64,000 nt of DNA from an uncultured Actinomycetes bacterium (GTDB lineage: Bacteria; Actinomycetota; Thermoleophilia; UBA2241). Below the pieces are notes generated by a model that was not told the origin of the DNA, ran no database searches, and was given only the letters and a program-made list of their open reading frames with translations. Position 1 is the stretch's first letter. Each line of letters opens with the position of its first letter. The position numbers and the translations under genes are program-made. The stretch spans positions 1 through 64,000 of the forward strand of contig CAVYCN010000014.1 of NCBI GenBank assembly GCA_963767005.1, in the 5' to 3' direction. This document shows, one piece after another, positions 37,757 to 48,200 of the stretch.

Positions 37757-38500
37757 ATGGCATCAGTGGCACAGGCTCTGGAGCCGGGCATCGCGCCGCC
37801 GCGCGATGACCGGACGGTCGGGGTCGCCCGGATGACGGGGGTGACCCACGCCGGAGACGTAGGCGCTCGGGACCGGGCCGAGGTCGCCGCCGACGGGGCT
37901 CCCCGCCTCGCCGCCGACGGGCCCGCCCGCCTCGCCGCCGACGGGGCCGACGACGAGCCGGCCGCGGTCGTGCAGGCACAGGTCGCGGCCGCGCGGCGCG
38001 GCGACGCCGATGCCTTCGCCGACCTCTTCATGGCCCACGAGCGTCGCCTGCGGCTGCTGGCGTTCGGTGTGCTGCGCGACCCCGACCTGGTCGACGACGC
38101 CCTGCAGGAGACGGCGCTGCGCGCCTTCCGCGCGCTCGGCAGGTTCCGCGGCGAGGCCCGCGTGGGCACGTGGCTGCACCGCATCACGGTGCGCGTCTGC
38201 CTCGACATGATCGACGACGCGCGGCGTCAGGCGGCGCTCGCCCAGCGCGCCCGGCCCGTCGAGCTTGCCGCCGCCGACCCCGACGTCGCCGTCGACGATC
38301 ACACCCGGCTGGCCGCGGCCCTCGCCCAGCTCTCGCCGGCGCAGCGCGCGGTCGTCGTGGTCGTGTTGCAGCTCGGGTTCGACCTGTCGACGGCGGCGAC
38401 GATCCTTGCGGTGCCGCGCGGCACCGTGGCCTCACGACTCTTCGCGGCCCGCCAGACGCTCATGGCCGCGCTCGACACCAGGGAGGGACCGCATGTCTGA
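37757..38500 (+). CDS. ECF sigma-70 factor
   Basis: DDALQET, TWLHRI, region 4 VPRGTVASRL; start uncertain. Confidence 0.9.
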   Translation: MASVAQALEPGIAPPRDDRTVGVARMTGVTHAGDVGARDRAEVAADGAPRLAADGPARLAADGADDEPAAVVQAQVAAARRGDADAFADLFMAHERRLRLLAFGVLRDPDLVDDALQETALRAFRALGRFRGEARVGTWLHRITVRVCLDMIDDARRQAALAQRARPVELAAADPDVAVDDHTRLAAALAQLSPAQRAVVVVVLQLGFDLSTAATILAVPRGTVASRLFAARQTLMAALDTREGPHV

Positions 38501-39059
38501 CGCCCCCGACGAGCTGATCGCCGGCCTGCAGGAGCTCGCCGGGCGCGAGCTCCCGCCGGCCGGCGAGCGCTTCGAAGCCGGCGTGCGCCAGGCGCTCCGC
38601 TGGGACCAGCGTCGCCGTCGCGACCAGCGCCGCAGGCTGGTCGTGGCCGGCTGCCTGATCGCCCTGCTGGCCGCCCTCGGCGTCGCCCTGGCGCTACCGG
38701 TGACCGCTCGCTACCTGCCGCTGCCGATCGGCCGCGAGCTGCGCCGCCTCGACGCGCAGACGAGCGGCCTGCGCTCGCAGCTCGCCGCGCAGACGGCCGC
38801 CGACGTGCGCCTGCGCCATCGGCTGGCAGACACCGTGCTCGTCGAGCAGTCGGCGTCGCGCCACGCCAAGGCGCACCACCGCGCGCGCCATCAGACCGGC
38901 GCCGCGACGGGCCGCTCGTGGTCGTACGGCTGGGTCTGGGTCGGAGCCACGCCGACCCCGAGCCCGAGCACCCGCCCGGTCATTGCGCCGCCGCTCGCCT
39001 CGACCCCAAGCTCGACGCCGACCCCGAGCTCTACGCCTACCGCAGAGCCGTCGCCCTGA
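38493..39059 (+). CDS. Single-TM putative anti-sigma factor
   Basis: Overlaps ECF stop; one TM helix; Pro/Ser/Thr-rich tail. Confidence 0.6.
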   Translation: MSDAPDELIAGLQELAGRELPPAGERFEAGVRQALRWDQRRRRDQRRRLVVAGCLIALLAALGVALALPVTARYLPLPIGRELRRLDAQTSGLRSQLAAQTAADVRLRHRLADTVLVEQSASRHAKAHHRARHQTGAATGRSWSYGWVWVGATPTPSPSTRPVIAPPLASTPSSTPTPSSTPTAEPSP

Positions 39060-39097
39060 ACCCAGCCGCCGGGACTCCGGCAGAGGGAGGTCTCGAC

Positions 39098-41047
39098 ATG
39101 AACCGGACGCTCCACCGCTTCCTGGCCCCGGCTCTTGCCATCATCGTGCTCGGCGCGGCGGTCGGCGGCGCGTTCGCCGGACCGGCGCGCGCCGCCGTGA
39201 CCTCGCCCGACGGCCTGTGGACCTGGGCGCGGCCGCTGCCGTTCGACTACCCCGCGCAGGCGCTCGCGGCGCCCTCGCCGGGCACGCTGTTCGTGGCGAC
39301 GACGCCGAACGACCTGCTCACCACCACCGACGGCGGCGCGACCTGGGGCTGGAGCCATACCGGCGCGGTCGCCGGGTTCATGCAGCCGTCGGCGCTCGAC
39401 TTCGTCTCGGCGACCGACGGCTGGGTGAGCGGCGGCGACGCGGCCGGCGACTTCGTCGTGCTGCGCACGACCGACGCCGGCGCGACCTGGCAGTCGAGCC
39501 TCACCGCCCCCGGCATCAAGCCGATCCCCGGCTTCTCGACGACCGTCGTGCGGTTCAGCGACGCCTCGTCGGGCTGGGTCGTAGCGAGCCAGGGCGACGA
39601 CGTCGGCAGCCTGGACGTCGCGGACACGACCGACGGCGGCACGACCTGGACCAGCCATGACGGCCTGCCCGCCGGCGCCACCGCCGACACCGAGTACACG
39701 CACTTCGACGCGCTCGCGCCGCTCGGCCCCGGGGCCGCGGTCTTTCTGGAGACCGACGTCATCGTCGGCGGCACCCTCGGCGCCCCGAAGGTCTGGCGCA
39801 CGACCGACGGCGGCGCCGCCTGGACGCACACCGCCACGCTGGCGGGCGATGCCCTGATCGGCGACGTCGCCTTCTCCTCGGTCACCGACGGCTGGGCGGT
39901 GGGCACCTTCCTGTGGCACACGACCGACGGCGGCCTGACCTGGCACCGCGTGCGCGCGGTCCCGTCGGGTCTCGGCGGCGACCTCGAGGTCCACGGCAAC
40001 GACATCTGGGACGTGGGGACCGGTGGCGCTGCGCACTCGACCGACGGTGGCGCCCACTGGACGACGACCACCGCCGTGAGCGGCCGCCTGGTGAGCTTCG
40101 CCGACGCCGCCGACGGCTGGGTCGCCGACGGCTCGATCTACCGGCACACCACCGACGGCGGTGCGACCTGGACCCGCGTGACGAGCCGCGCGCCAACTCA
40201 GATCGCGAGCCTGAGCGCCACGCCCGATGGCGCGGTCTGGGGCGTTGCCGGCCCTGTCGTCCTCTCATCCGACGGCGGCCTGCACTGGCGCTCCGTCACC
40301 CGGCGCGCGGCGGCCGCCGTCGCGGCGATCAGCGCCCGGCGGGCCTGGGCGGTCGGCGCCAAGGGCCTGATCATGCGCACGACCGACGGCGGCCACCACT
40401 GGACCCTGCAGGCCAGCCACGTGGGCGTGACACTCGCGAGCGTCGACTTCACCGACGCCGGCCATGGCTGGGCCGGCGGCGCGGGAGGGGTCATCCTGCG
40501 CACGATCGACGGTGGCCGGCACTGGCACGTCACCCGCGAGCCGAAGGGCGGTCTCATCACGCGGCTCTCGTTCGCCGACGCCGTGCACGGCCTGGCCCTG
40601 GGCACCAGGTCTGGGGGCTTCCTCGTGACCGCCACGGGCGGGCGCACCTGGTCGTTCCACCGCTTCACGACGCTGGGCAAGTCCTTCGTGGCGACGACCG
40701 TGCTGATGCAGGACGCCGCGCACGGCCTGGTCATCGGTCAGCCGGGGCCGCAGTGCTACACGACGAGCGACGCCGGGCTCACCTGGCAGCCCGGCAGCGT
40801 GATCCCCGGCGGCGAGGTCGTCGCCGGGCGCGACTACGTGCGCGTCGCGCAGAGCGGCACCGCGCTCTGCGCGGTGAGCCGCTGGGGTGACGTCGCCACC
40901 AGCAGCGACGGCGGCACGACGTGGTCGAACGAGGGAGTGGTCATGGGGGCGATGAACAGCGTGGCGTTCGTCGGCGCCGACGAGCTCCTGATCAGCGGCT
41001 CGCCCGGGGTGATGACGCGCGACCTGACGACGGCGCCGTTGCCGTGA
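39098..41047 (+). CDS. Secreted YCF48/BNR-repeat beta-propeller protein
   Basis: Many TxDGGxTW Asp-box repeats; signal peptide; GGAGG RBS. Confidence 0.9.
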   Translation: MNRTLHRFLAPALAIIVLGAAVGGAFAGPARAAVTSPDGLWTWARPLPFDYPAQALAAPSPGTLFVATTPNDLLTTTDGGATWGWSHTGAVAGFMQPSALDFVSATDGWVSGGDAAGDFVVLRTTDAGATWQSSLTAPGIKPIPGFSTTVVRFSDASSGWVVASQGDDVGSLDVADTTDGGTTWTSHDGLPAGATADTEYTHFDALAPLGPGAAVFLETDVIVGGTLGAPKVWRTTDGGAAWTHTATLAGDALIGDVAFSSVTDGWAVGTFLWHTTDGGLTWHRVRAVPSGLGGDLEVHGNDIWDVGTGGAAHSTDGGAHWTTTTAVSGRLVSFADAADGWVADGSIYRHTTDGGATWTRVTSRAPTQIASLSATPDGAVWGVAGPVVLSSDGGLHWRSVTRRAAAAVAAISARRAWAVGAKGLIMRTTDGGHHWTLQASHVGVTLASVDFTDAGHGWAGGAGGVILRTIDGGRHWHVTREPKGGLITRLSFADAVHGLALGTRSGGFLVTATGGRTWSFHRFTTLGKSFVATTVLMQDAAHGLVIGQPGPQCYTTSDAGLTWQPGSVIPGGEVVAGRDYVRVAQSGTALCAVSRWGDVATSSDGGTTWSNEGVVMGAMNSVAFVGADELLISGSPGVMTRDLTTAPLP

Positions 41048-41049
41048 GC

Positions 41050-41093
41050 GCCGCGGCGGGCGGGTTCGCTCACGCGAACCCGCCCGCCGCGGC
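41050..41093. terminator. Likely bidirectional terminator hairpin
   Basis: 20-bp perfect stem with TCAC loop between convergent genes. Confidence 0.75.
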
Positions 41094-41118
41094 TTACCGT
41101 GCCTGCCGGCCTCTGATC

Positions 41119-42977
41119 CTAATGTGCGGGGCCGGTCGTCAGCGTGACGCCGGTGGTGTGCTGCTTTCCGGCCTTGTCGGTCCAGGTGATCGTGACCTTG
41201 TCGCCGGGGTGGTACTGCGTCATGAGGTCGGTGAGGCCGGTGGCGGAGCTTGCGGTCTGGCCGTTCACCGCCGTGATGACGTCGCCCTTCACGAGGCCGG
41301 CCTTGGCCGCCGGCGAGCCTGAGAGCACGCCGAGGATGGCGGCGCCCGAGCCCGACTGGGTGGCCGCGACCGAGAGCTTGACCCCCAGGAACCCCGTCGG
41401 CCCGATGTGGACCGTCGCCGACGACTGGTTGTGCTCGATCTGCGAGACGATCGTCATCGCGGTGTCGATCGGCACCGCGAAGCCCTGGTTCTGGGCGTTG
41501 AACGTGAACGTGCCCGAGGCCGCCGTGTCGACTCCGACCACCCTGCCGGCGGCGTCGACCAGCGCCCCGCCCGAGTCGCCCGGCTCGATGGCGGCGTTGG
41601 TCTGGATCAGGCCGGTGAGGTGCCTGGTCGTGCCGGTCACGCTGTCGCCGGCCGTGATCGAGCGGTTCAGCGCGACCACCTTGCCGCCGGCCGCGCTCGG
41701 CGTGCCGTCGAGGCCGCCGGCGTTGCCGATGCCGACGACACCGGCGCCGACCGCGAGCGCTGAGGAGCTCCCGAGCGTCGCGGTGGTCAGGCCCGAGGCG
41801 TGCTGCAACTGGATCAGGGCCACGTCCTGGGTGGCGTCGTAGCCGAGCACTTTGGCGGAGTAGGTGCGGCCGTTGCCGACGTCGGTGGCGGTGATCGTGC
41901 TGGCGCCGTCGACCACGTGGTTGTTGGTGAGTACGAGGCCCGACGAGCTGATCACGATGCCGGTCGCCTCGGCCTGACCCGTGGAGTCGGCCAGCAGCAC
42001 GTGGATGTCGACCAGGCTGGGGGAGACCTTCGCGGCGATCTGCGAGACGTTGCTCGGCGAACCCGGCGCGGCGCTGGTCGAGCCGCTCGAGCCGCTGCCG
42101 CCGTTGCCGAACGGCGACAGGCCGCCGCTCCCGCTGCCGTTGCCGTTGCCGAACGGCAGGCCGTTCGCGCCCGAGTTGCCGTTCTGTGTCTGTTGAGCGC
42201 TCGAGCCGTGCGTGAGCCAGAAGCCGTGCGCGATGCCGAGGCCGAGGAACAGACCCACGGCGAGCAGTACGACCCAGATCGCCACGATCGGCAGGTAGGC
42301 CGGACGTCGCCGCGCCGCGGCCGGCGGTTGGGCAGAGGCCGGACGCTGCCATGGGCCGTACGGCGGCGGCGGGGCCGCCCCCCACGGTTGCTGCGGCGGC
42401 GGTGTCCAGCCACCCGTCGGCGGCGGCCCCCAGCCTTGCGGCTGCTGAGCGCCGGGCCAGGTCGCTGTGCCTGCGGCTGCTGGGCGCCGGGCCAGGTCTG
42501 CTGTGCCTGCGGCTGCTGGGCGCCGGGCCAGGTCTGCTGGGGTGACGGCGGCGGTGCGACCGGCCAGCCTTGCTGCGGCGGTTGGGCGCCGGGCCACGCC
42601 TGCGGCTGCTGCGGGGCCTGCGGCGGTTGGGCGCCGGGCCACGCCTGCGGCTGCTGGGCGCCGGGCCAGGTCTGCTGTGCCGGATCGCCCGGCGGCGGGC
42701 TCCAGGCCGGCGGTGGAGTCGGGCTCCACGGCTGCCAGGGCGTGCCCCAGGCCTGGGGCGGAGCCGTCCAGTTCGTCTGCTGGTCGGTCCAGGGCGCCTG
42801 CTGGTCGGCGCCGGGGACCTCGGGCGCGGCGGGCTCCTGCGGGCTTGCTCCGGTGCCCGGGCTCGCGCCCGCGGGGGCGCCTCCCGCCGGGTTCTCGGTG
42901 GGCTGGTCGGCGGGCCGGCGAACGTCGCCCTCCTCAGGGGCTGACGAAGGCCCGCCCTGGTCGGTCGGATCAGACAT
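41119..42977 (-). CDS. htrA: HtrA/DegP-like serine protease with PDZ; 1-bp deletion at ~42463 in the Pro/Gln repeat region
   Basis: LTNNHV, DVAL, IEPGDSGG, PDZ; N-terminus MSDPTDQ (GGAGG RBS) lies in another frame. Confidence 0.88.
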
Positions 42978-43218
42978 GCTCCCTCCGCATGGCGGCTGCC
43001 GATGAGTCTCGAGTGTGTTTACCACATTGTTGGGTGGCGCAGTGTGGACGGACTGAGCGAAAGCTTGGGAAACGCTGAGAATAGGCCGGCCGTGCGGAGT
43101 GCCGACGGCGGCCGGACATGCGAGACTGCAACGCGCACGAGTGTGGGATTAGCTCTCTGACAGAGTAAAATAGCGCGACGCCCGCTGGGAGAAGCCGGGC
43201 GCCGAGAGACGAGGAACC

Positions 43219-43725
43219 GTGCACGGATCAGACTACGCCGACGACGAAGGGCAGACGACGACGGAGACGTCGGGTCGCGAGCTCGGGGACGAGCTCGCGG
43301 CGGCGGTCAACCGGCTGCGCCGCGCGCTGCGGCGGGCAACGCGACGCCACCCGCCGTTCGAGCCGCTGCCCCACAACCAGATCGATCTGCTGCGGCTCGC
43401 CGCCGAGCGGCCCGGCGTGAGCGTCGCCGCCGCCGCGGCGGCCCTGTCGCTTGCGCCCAACACCGTGAGCACGCTCGTCAACGAGCTCTGCCGCGCCGAC
43501 CTGCTCGCGCGCGTCGTCGACGACGCCGACCGGCGCGTCGCCCGCCTGTCGCCGACCGCCGCGGGCCTCGACCGCATGGCCGCCTGGCGCGACCGCCGCG
43601 CCGAGATCCTCGCGGCGGCGCTCGGCGACCTCGGCGGGCCCGACCGCGAGGTGCTCGCGGTCGCGCTGCCGGCGCTGGAGCGCCTGATCGACGCGCTGGA
43701 GCGCCGCGAGGGGGTCGAGCCGTGA
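43219..43725 (+). CDS. MarR family regulator
   Basis: APNTVSTLV and DADRR wing motif. Confidence 0.9.
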   Translation: MHGSDYADDEGQTTTETSGRELGDELAAAVNRLRRALRRATRRHPPFEPLPHNQIDLLRLAAERPGVSVAAAAAALSLAPNTVSTLVNELCRADLLARVVDDADRRVARLSPTAAGLDRMAAWRDRRAEILAAALGDLGGPDREVLAVALPALERLIDALERREGVEP

Positions 43726-44573
43726 CCGTGGCCGTCTCGCGGCCCGGCACGGATCGTAGCGGCGTGATGCCCGACGCGAAGGCCGTGGTCTGTCGCGACC
43801 TGTCCTACTCGTTCGGCGACCGTCCGGCCGTCGACCACGTGAGCCTCGAGGTCGAGACGGGCGAGGTCTTCGGGCTGCTCGGGCCCAACGGCGCCGGCAA
43901 GACCACGACGATCCGTATCCTCACGACCCTGCTGCCGCTCGTGGCCGGCAGCGCGACGATCTTCGGCCTCGACGTCGCGCGCCGCCGCATGGCGGCGCGC
44001 CGCCTGCTCGGCTACGTGCCCCAGCAACTGTCGGCCGATGCCGCCCTGACCGGGCGCGAGAACGTCGCGCTCTTCGCCCGCCTGTACGACGTGCCGCGCG
44101 CCGGGCGGCGCGACCGGGTCGACGAATCGCTCGGCCTCATGGGCCTGAGCGAGGCGGCCGGCCGTCTCGCCTCGACCTACTCGGGCGGCATGATCCGCCG
44201 CCTCGAGCTGGCTCAGGCTCTGGTCAACCGGCCCCGCCTGCTCGTGCTCGACGAGCCCACGATCGGGCTCGACCCCCTCGCCCGCGCCGGTGTGTGGGAG
44301 CGGGTCCTCGAGCTGCGTCGCACGACCGGCATGACCGTGCTGCTCACCACGCACTACATGGAGGAGGCCGAGCAGCTCTGCGACCGCGTCGCGCTCATGC
44401 ACCTGGGCCGGCTGCGGGCCGTGGGCTCACCGGCCGACCTCGAGGCGGAGCTCGGCGCCGACGCGACGCTGCAGGACGTGTTCGCCCACTACACCGGCAG
44501 CTCACTCGACGACACCCAGGGAGGCTTTCATGAGACGCGCCGAGCTCGTCGCGTCGCCCGCCGCCTGGGCTGA
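43722..44573 (+). CDS. ABC transporter ATP-binding protein (DrrA-like)
   Basis: GPNGAGKT, YSGGM, LDEPT, TTH. Confidence 0.95.
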   Translation: MTVAVSRPGTDRSGVMPDAKAVVCRDLSYSFGDRPAVDHVSLEVETGEVFGLLGPNGAGKTTTIRILTTLLPLVAGSATIFGLDVARRRMAARRLLGYVPQQLSADAALTGRENVALFARLYDVPRAGRRDRVDESLGLMGLSEAAGRLASTYSGGMIRRLELAQALVNRPRLLVLDEPTIGLDPLARAGVWERVLELRRTTGMTVLLTTHYMEEAEQLCDRVALMHLGRLRAVGSPADLEAELGADATLQDVFAHYTGSSLDDTQGGFHETRRARRVARRLG

Positions 44574-45363
44574 GGAGCTGAGCGACGGCCCGGGCGGCGC
44601 CCTGCGCCGCCTCGGCCGTCGCGCCTGGGCGCTGTGTCTGGCCGAGGCCCAGAAGCTGCGCCACGACCAGACCGAGGTCTTGACGCGCGCCATCCAGCCC
44701 GCCCTCTGGCTGCTCATCTTCGGCGAGACCTTCAGCCACCTGCACGCGATCCCCACCGGCGGCGTGCCCTACCTCGCCTACATGGCGCCCGGCATCCTCG
44801 CTCAGTCGGCGCTCTTCATCTCCATTTTCTACGGCATCCAGATCATCTGGGAGCGCGACGCCGGCGTGCTCGCCAAGCTGCTCGTGACGCCGACGCCGCG
44901 CGTGGCCCTGGTGACGGGCAAGGCCTTCGCCGCCGGCCTGCGCGCCCTCGTGCAGGTGCTCGTCGTCCTCGTGCTGACCGCCCTGCTGGGCGTGCCGCTC
45001 ACCCACGACCCGCTGCGCCTGCTGGCCGCCGCCGGCCTCGTCGTGCTAGGCGCCGCCTTCTTCTGCACGCTCTCGGTGACGATCGCCGGCCTCGTGCTAC
45101 GGCGCGACCGGCTCATGGGCATCGGCCAGGCCATCACCATGCCGCTCTTCTTCGCCTCGAACGCGCTGTACCCGATCGCCTTCATGCCGGCCTGGGTGCG
45201 CGTGGTGAGCCGCGTGAACCCGCTGAGCTACGAGGTGGACGGGCTGCGCGGCCTGCTCGTGGGCACGCCGGCCCATCTGGGGCTCGACGTCGCCGTGCTG
45301 TTCGTGGCCGCCGCCCTGGGCGTGACCGTGGCCTCGAGCCTGCTTGGGCGGCTGGCGCGCTAG
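44530..45363 (+). CDS. ABC-2 type permease (DrrB-like)
   Basis: QPALWL, YMAPGIL, NPLSY. Confidence 0.92.
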   Translation: MRRAELVASPAAWAEELSDGPGGALRRLGRRAWALCLAEAQKLRHDQTEVLTRAIQPALWLLIFGETFSHLHAIPTGGVPYLAYMAPGILAQSALFISIFYGIQIIWERDAGVLAKLLVTPTPRVALVTGKAFAAGLRALVQVLVVLVLTALLGVPLTHDPLRLLAAAGLVVLGAAFFCTLSVTIAGLVLRRDRLMGIGQAITMPLFFASNALYPIAFMPAWVRVVSRVNPLSYEVDGLRGLLVGTPAHLGLDVAVLFVAAALGVTVASSLLGRLAR

Positions 45364-45372
45364 GGGACGCCG

Positions 45373-46905
45373 GTGAGCCAGACCACGTCGCCGTCAGTCC
45401 GTCCGGCCGCGGCCGACCCGCCGCGGCACACCGGCCTCGCCCTGCTCGTCGTCGTCACCGGCGTGCTGATCGCCGCCGTCGACACCACGATCGTGGTGCT
45501 CGCGCTGCCGGTCCTCGAGCGCTCGCTGCACGTGCCGCTGTCCGGCATCATCTGGGTGATCATCTCGTACCTGCTGGTCGTCACGATCCTGTCGACGCAG
45601 GTCGGCCGCCTCGGCGACATGTTCGGCCGCGTGCGCATGTACGAGGTCGGCTTCGGCGTGTTCGTGCTGGGCTCGCTGCTCTGCGCCCTGGCGACCGGCG
45701 AGGCCAGCATAGTCGCCTTCCGCGTGCTGCAGGGGGTGGGCGGCGCCCTGATCAGCGCCAACAGCGGCGCCGTGATCGCCGACACCTTTCCGGCCGAGCG
45801 CCGCGGCCGCGCCTACGGCTACACGAGCGTGGGCTGGAGCGCCGGCGCCGTGCTCGGCATCCTGCTCGGCGGCCTCATCACCACGTACATCTCGTGGCGC
45901 TGGATCTTCGGCATCAACGTGCCGATCGGCATCGCCGCCATCCTGCTGGCGCTCCGGGTGCTCCACGACCGCGGCGAGCGGCGCCGCCACCGCGTGGACT
46001 TCGCCGGCATGGCGCTCCTCGGCGGCGGGCTGTTCTGCGTGCTGTGGGCGATGACCCGGCTCGCCACGACCGCCGCCGACGCGCGGCTCGTGGCCTTCCT
46101 CGTAGTCGGTGCCGTGCTGCTCGTCGCGTTCGTGCTCCTCGAGCGCCGGCTGGCCGAGCCGATGCTCGACCTCTCTCTGTTCCGCGTGCCGACCATGAGC
46201 CCCACGCTGCTCGCCGCGCTGGTCCAGAGCCTCGCCAACTTCGCCACCCTGTTCCTCGTGACCATGTACCTGCAGGGCGTGCGCGAGCTCTCCCCGCTGC
46301 ACGCCTCGCTCGTGCTCGTGCCGGGCTACCTCGTCGGCGCCTTCATCGGGCCCCTGGCCGGCCGGGTCGCCGACCGCTGGGGGGCGGTCTGGCCGGCGAC
46401 CCTGGGCCTCGCCATCCAGTGCGGCGCCCTCGCGGTGTACGCGAACCTTGGCCTCACCACGCCGCTCTGGGTGGTCGCCGTCGCGGCCGTGGTGAACGGC
46501 ATCGGCTCGGGCGCCTTCTTCCCGGCCAACAACGCCGCCGTCATGAAGGCCGCGCCGGGTCGCCTGTTCGGCGTCGCGTCGGGCGTCTTGCGCACCTTCG
46601 CCAACGTCGGCATGGTGTTCTCGTTCTCGGTCGCCATCCTGATCGCGGCGAGCTCCATCACCCGCGGCCTTGCCTTCGCCATCTTCGTCGGCACGACGCA
46701 GCTCACACCGCCGCTCGCCCGCGCCTTCACCACCGGTGTCCACTCGGCGTTCTACGCGTCCATGGCCTTCATGGTCTGTGCCGCTGTGTTGTCGGCCGTC
46801 CGCGTGCGGCATCAGCTCCGTCCGCGTCAGGCCGCAGCCGGCGCGGGCGGCGCGGGCGGCGCCTGGGAGGGCGGGACCGTCAGAAAGGAGAGCGAGCATG
46901 CCTGA
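45373..46905 (+). CDS. MFS efflux transporter (DHA2)
   Basis: DTTIVVLALP, GRLGDMFGR, WRWIFGINVPIG. Confidence 0.93.
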   Translation: MSQTTSPSVRPAAADPPRHTGLALLVVVTGVLIAAVDTTIVVLALPVLERSLHVPLSGIIWVIISYLLVVTILSTQVGRLGDMFGRVRMYEVGFGVFVLGSLLCALATGEASIVAFRVLQGVGGALISANSGAVIADTFPAERRGRAYGYTSVGWSAGAVLGILLGGLITTYISWRWIFGINVPIGIAAILLALRVLHDRGERRRHRVDFAGMALLGGGLFCVLWAMTRLATTAADARLVAFLVVGAVLLVAFVLLERRLAEPMLDLSLFRVPTMSPTLLAALVQSLANFATLFLVTMYLQGVRELSPLHASLVLVPGYLVGAFIGPLAGRVADRWGAVWPATLGLAIQCGALAVYANLGLTTPLWVVAVAAVVNGIGSGAFFPANNAAVMKAAPGRLFGVASGVLRTFANVGMVFSFSVAILIAASSITRGLAFAIFVGTTQLTPPLARAFTTGVHSAFYASMAFMVCAAVLSAVRVRHQLRPRQAAAGAGGAGGAWEGGTVRKESEHA

Positions 46906-47656
46906 GATCCTGCCGGGAGTCCGCGTCGCCGCGCTGCTGCCGCCCACGGGGGCACAGACCGGCGTCATGAACGCCTGCCTGCTGGTCGACCGCGGTCGCG
47001 TCACGGTGGTCGACGCCGGCCTGCCGGGGAGCGCGCCGGCGATCCTCGCCGAGCTGAGCGAGGCCGGCCTCGAGCCGGCCGCCGTGCGGCGCGTGATCAT
47101 CACCCATCACCACATCGACCACGTCGGCGGTCTGGCCGATCTCGTCGCGGCGACGGGCGCCGAGGTCTGGGCGCACCGCGACGACGCGCCGACGATCGAG
47201 GGCGCGGTCGCGCGTCCCGGCCTGCCGCCCGAGCGCGTCGCCGCCATGCTCGAGTCCGTGCCGGAGGAGCAGCGCGCGGCGGCGGCGGAGCGCATGAAGA
47301 AGATGCGCGAGGTGACGCCGGCGCCCGTCGACCTGCGCCTGGTCGGCGGCGAGGAGCTCGAGATGCTCGGCGGCGTGCGCGTCGTCCACAGCCCCGGCCA
47401 CACGGCCGGCCACCTCTGCCTGTACTTGCCGGCGCTCTCGCTGCTGATCGCCGGCGACCTCATGCGCCTCGAGGACGGCGCGATCCGCGAGTCGCCGTCG
47501 GGCTACGCCGCCGACGCCGCGCAGTCGCTCGAGTCGGCCCGGCGGGTCGCCGGTCTCGGCTTCGAGGCCTTCGTCGGCTATCACGGCGGCTACGTGGTCA
47601 CGGGCGCCGCGGCGCTGCTCGCCGGCAGCCTGACGAGCCCGGCCGGCACGGCCTGA
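46898..47656 (+). CDS. MBL-fold metallo-hydrolase
   Basis: THHHIDHVGG, PGHTAGH, AGD. Confidence 0.92.
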   Translation: MPEILPGVRVAALLPPTGAQTGVMNACLLVDRGRVTVVDAGLPGSAPAILAELSEAGLEPAAVRRVIITHHHIDHVGGLADLVAATGAEVWAHRDDAPTIEGAVARPGLPPERVAAMLESVPEEQRAAAAERMKKMREVTPAPVDLRLVGGEELEMLGGVRVVHSPGHTAGHLCLYLPALSLLIAGDLMRLEDGAIRESPSGYAADAAQSLESARRVAGLGFEAFVGYHGGYVVTGAAALLAGSLTSPAGTA

Positions 47657-47663
47657 GCGGTCG

Positions 47664-48158
47664 ATGAAGACCGCCGTCGCCTTCGTCCACATCTTCTTCG
47701 CCACCGTCTGGCTCGGCGGCTCGTTCTTCTACGCCGTGGTGCTGCTGCCCCGCCTGGCCGTGCTCGAACCGGCCGGGCGGCTGGCCCTGCGGCGCTCGCT
47801 GCGCGCCGTCGTGACGCCGCTGCTCGCGGCGAGCGCCGCCATCACGATCGTGAGCGGCCTCGTCATGATGGTCCAGCTTCACGCCCTGCACCCCGGCAGT
47901 TTCTCGCACAGCCGCTGGGGTCAGGCGCTGATCGCCGGCACGCTGGCCTCGGTCGCCGCCCTCGTGGTCGCCGTCGTCGCCGAGTCGGGCGCGCGGCGGG
48001 TCGAGGCCGCGCCGGCGACGGCCGGGGCGTCAGAGGCCGCGGCCGACGCCGGCGCGGCGGACGGCGCCGGCGGCCCTCACGAGACCGCCCTGCGGGCCGT
48101 CGGGCTCGCCCTGCTCGTGGCCGCGCTCGCCACCATGGCGCTCGCGCGGTACAGCTGA
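47664..48158 (+). CDS. CopD/DUF2269-like membrane protein
   Basis: FVHIFFATVWLGG first helix, about 4 TMs. Confidence 0.7.
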   Translation: MKTAVAFVHIFFATVWLGGSFFYAVVLLPRLAVLEPAGRLALRRSLRAVVTPLLAASAAITIVSGLVMMVQLHALHPGSFSHSRWGQALIAGTLASVAALVVAVVAESGARRVEAAPATAGASEAAADAGAADGAGGPHETALRAVGLALLVAALATMALARYS

Positions 48159-48200
48159 CCTGATAGGCACGGGGCTGGAGGGGGTAGGCTCGGAGGCGCG

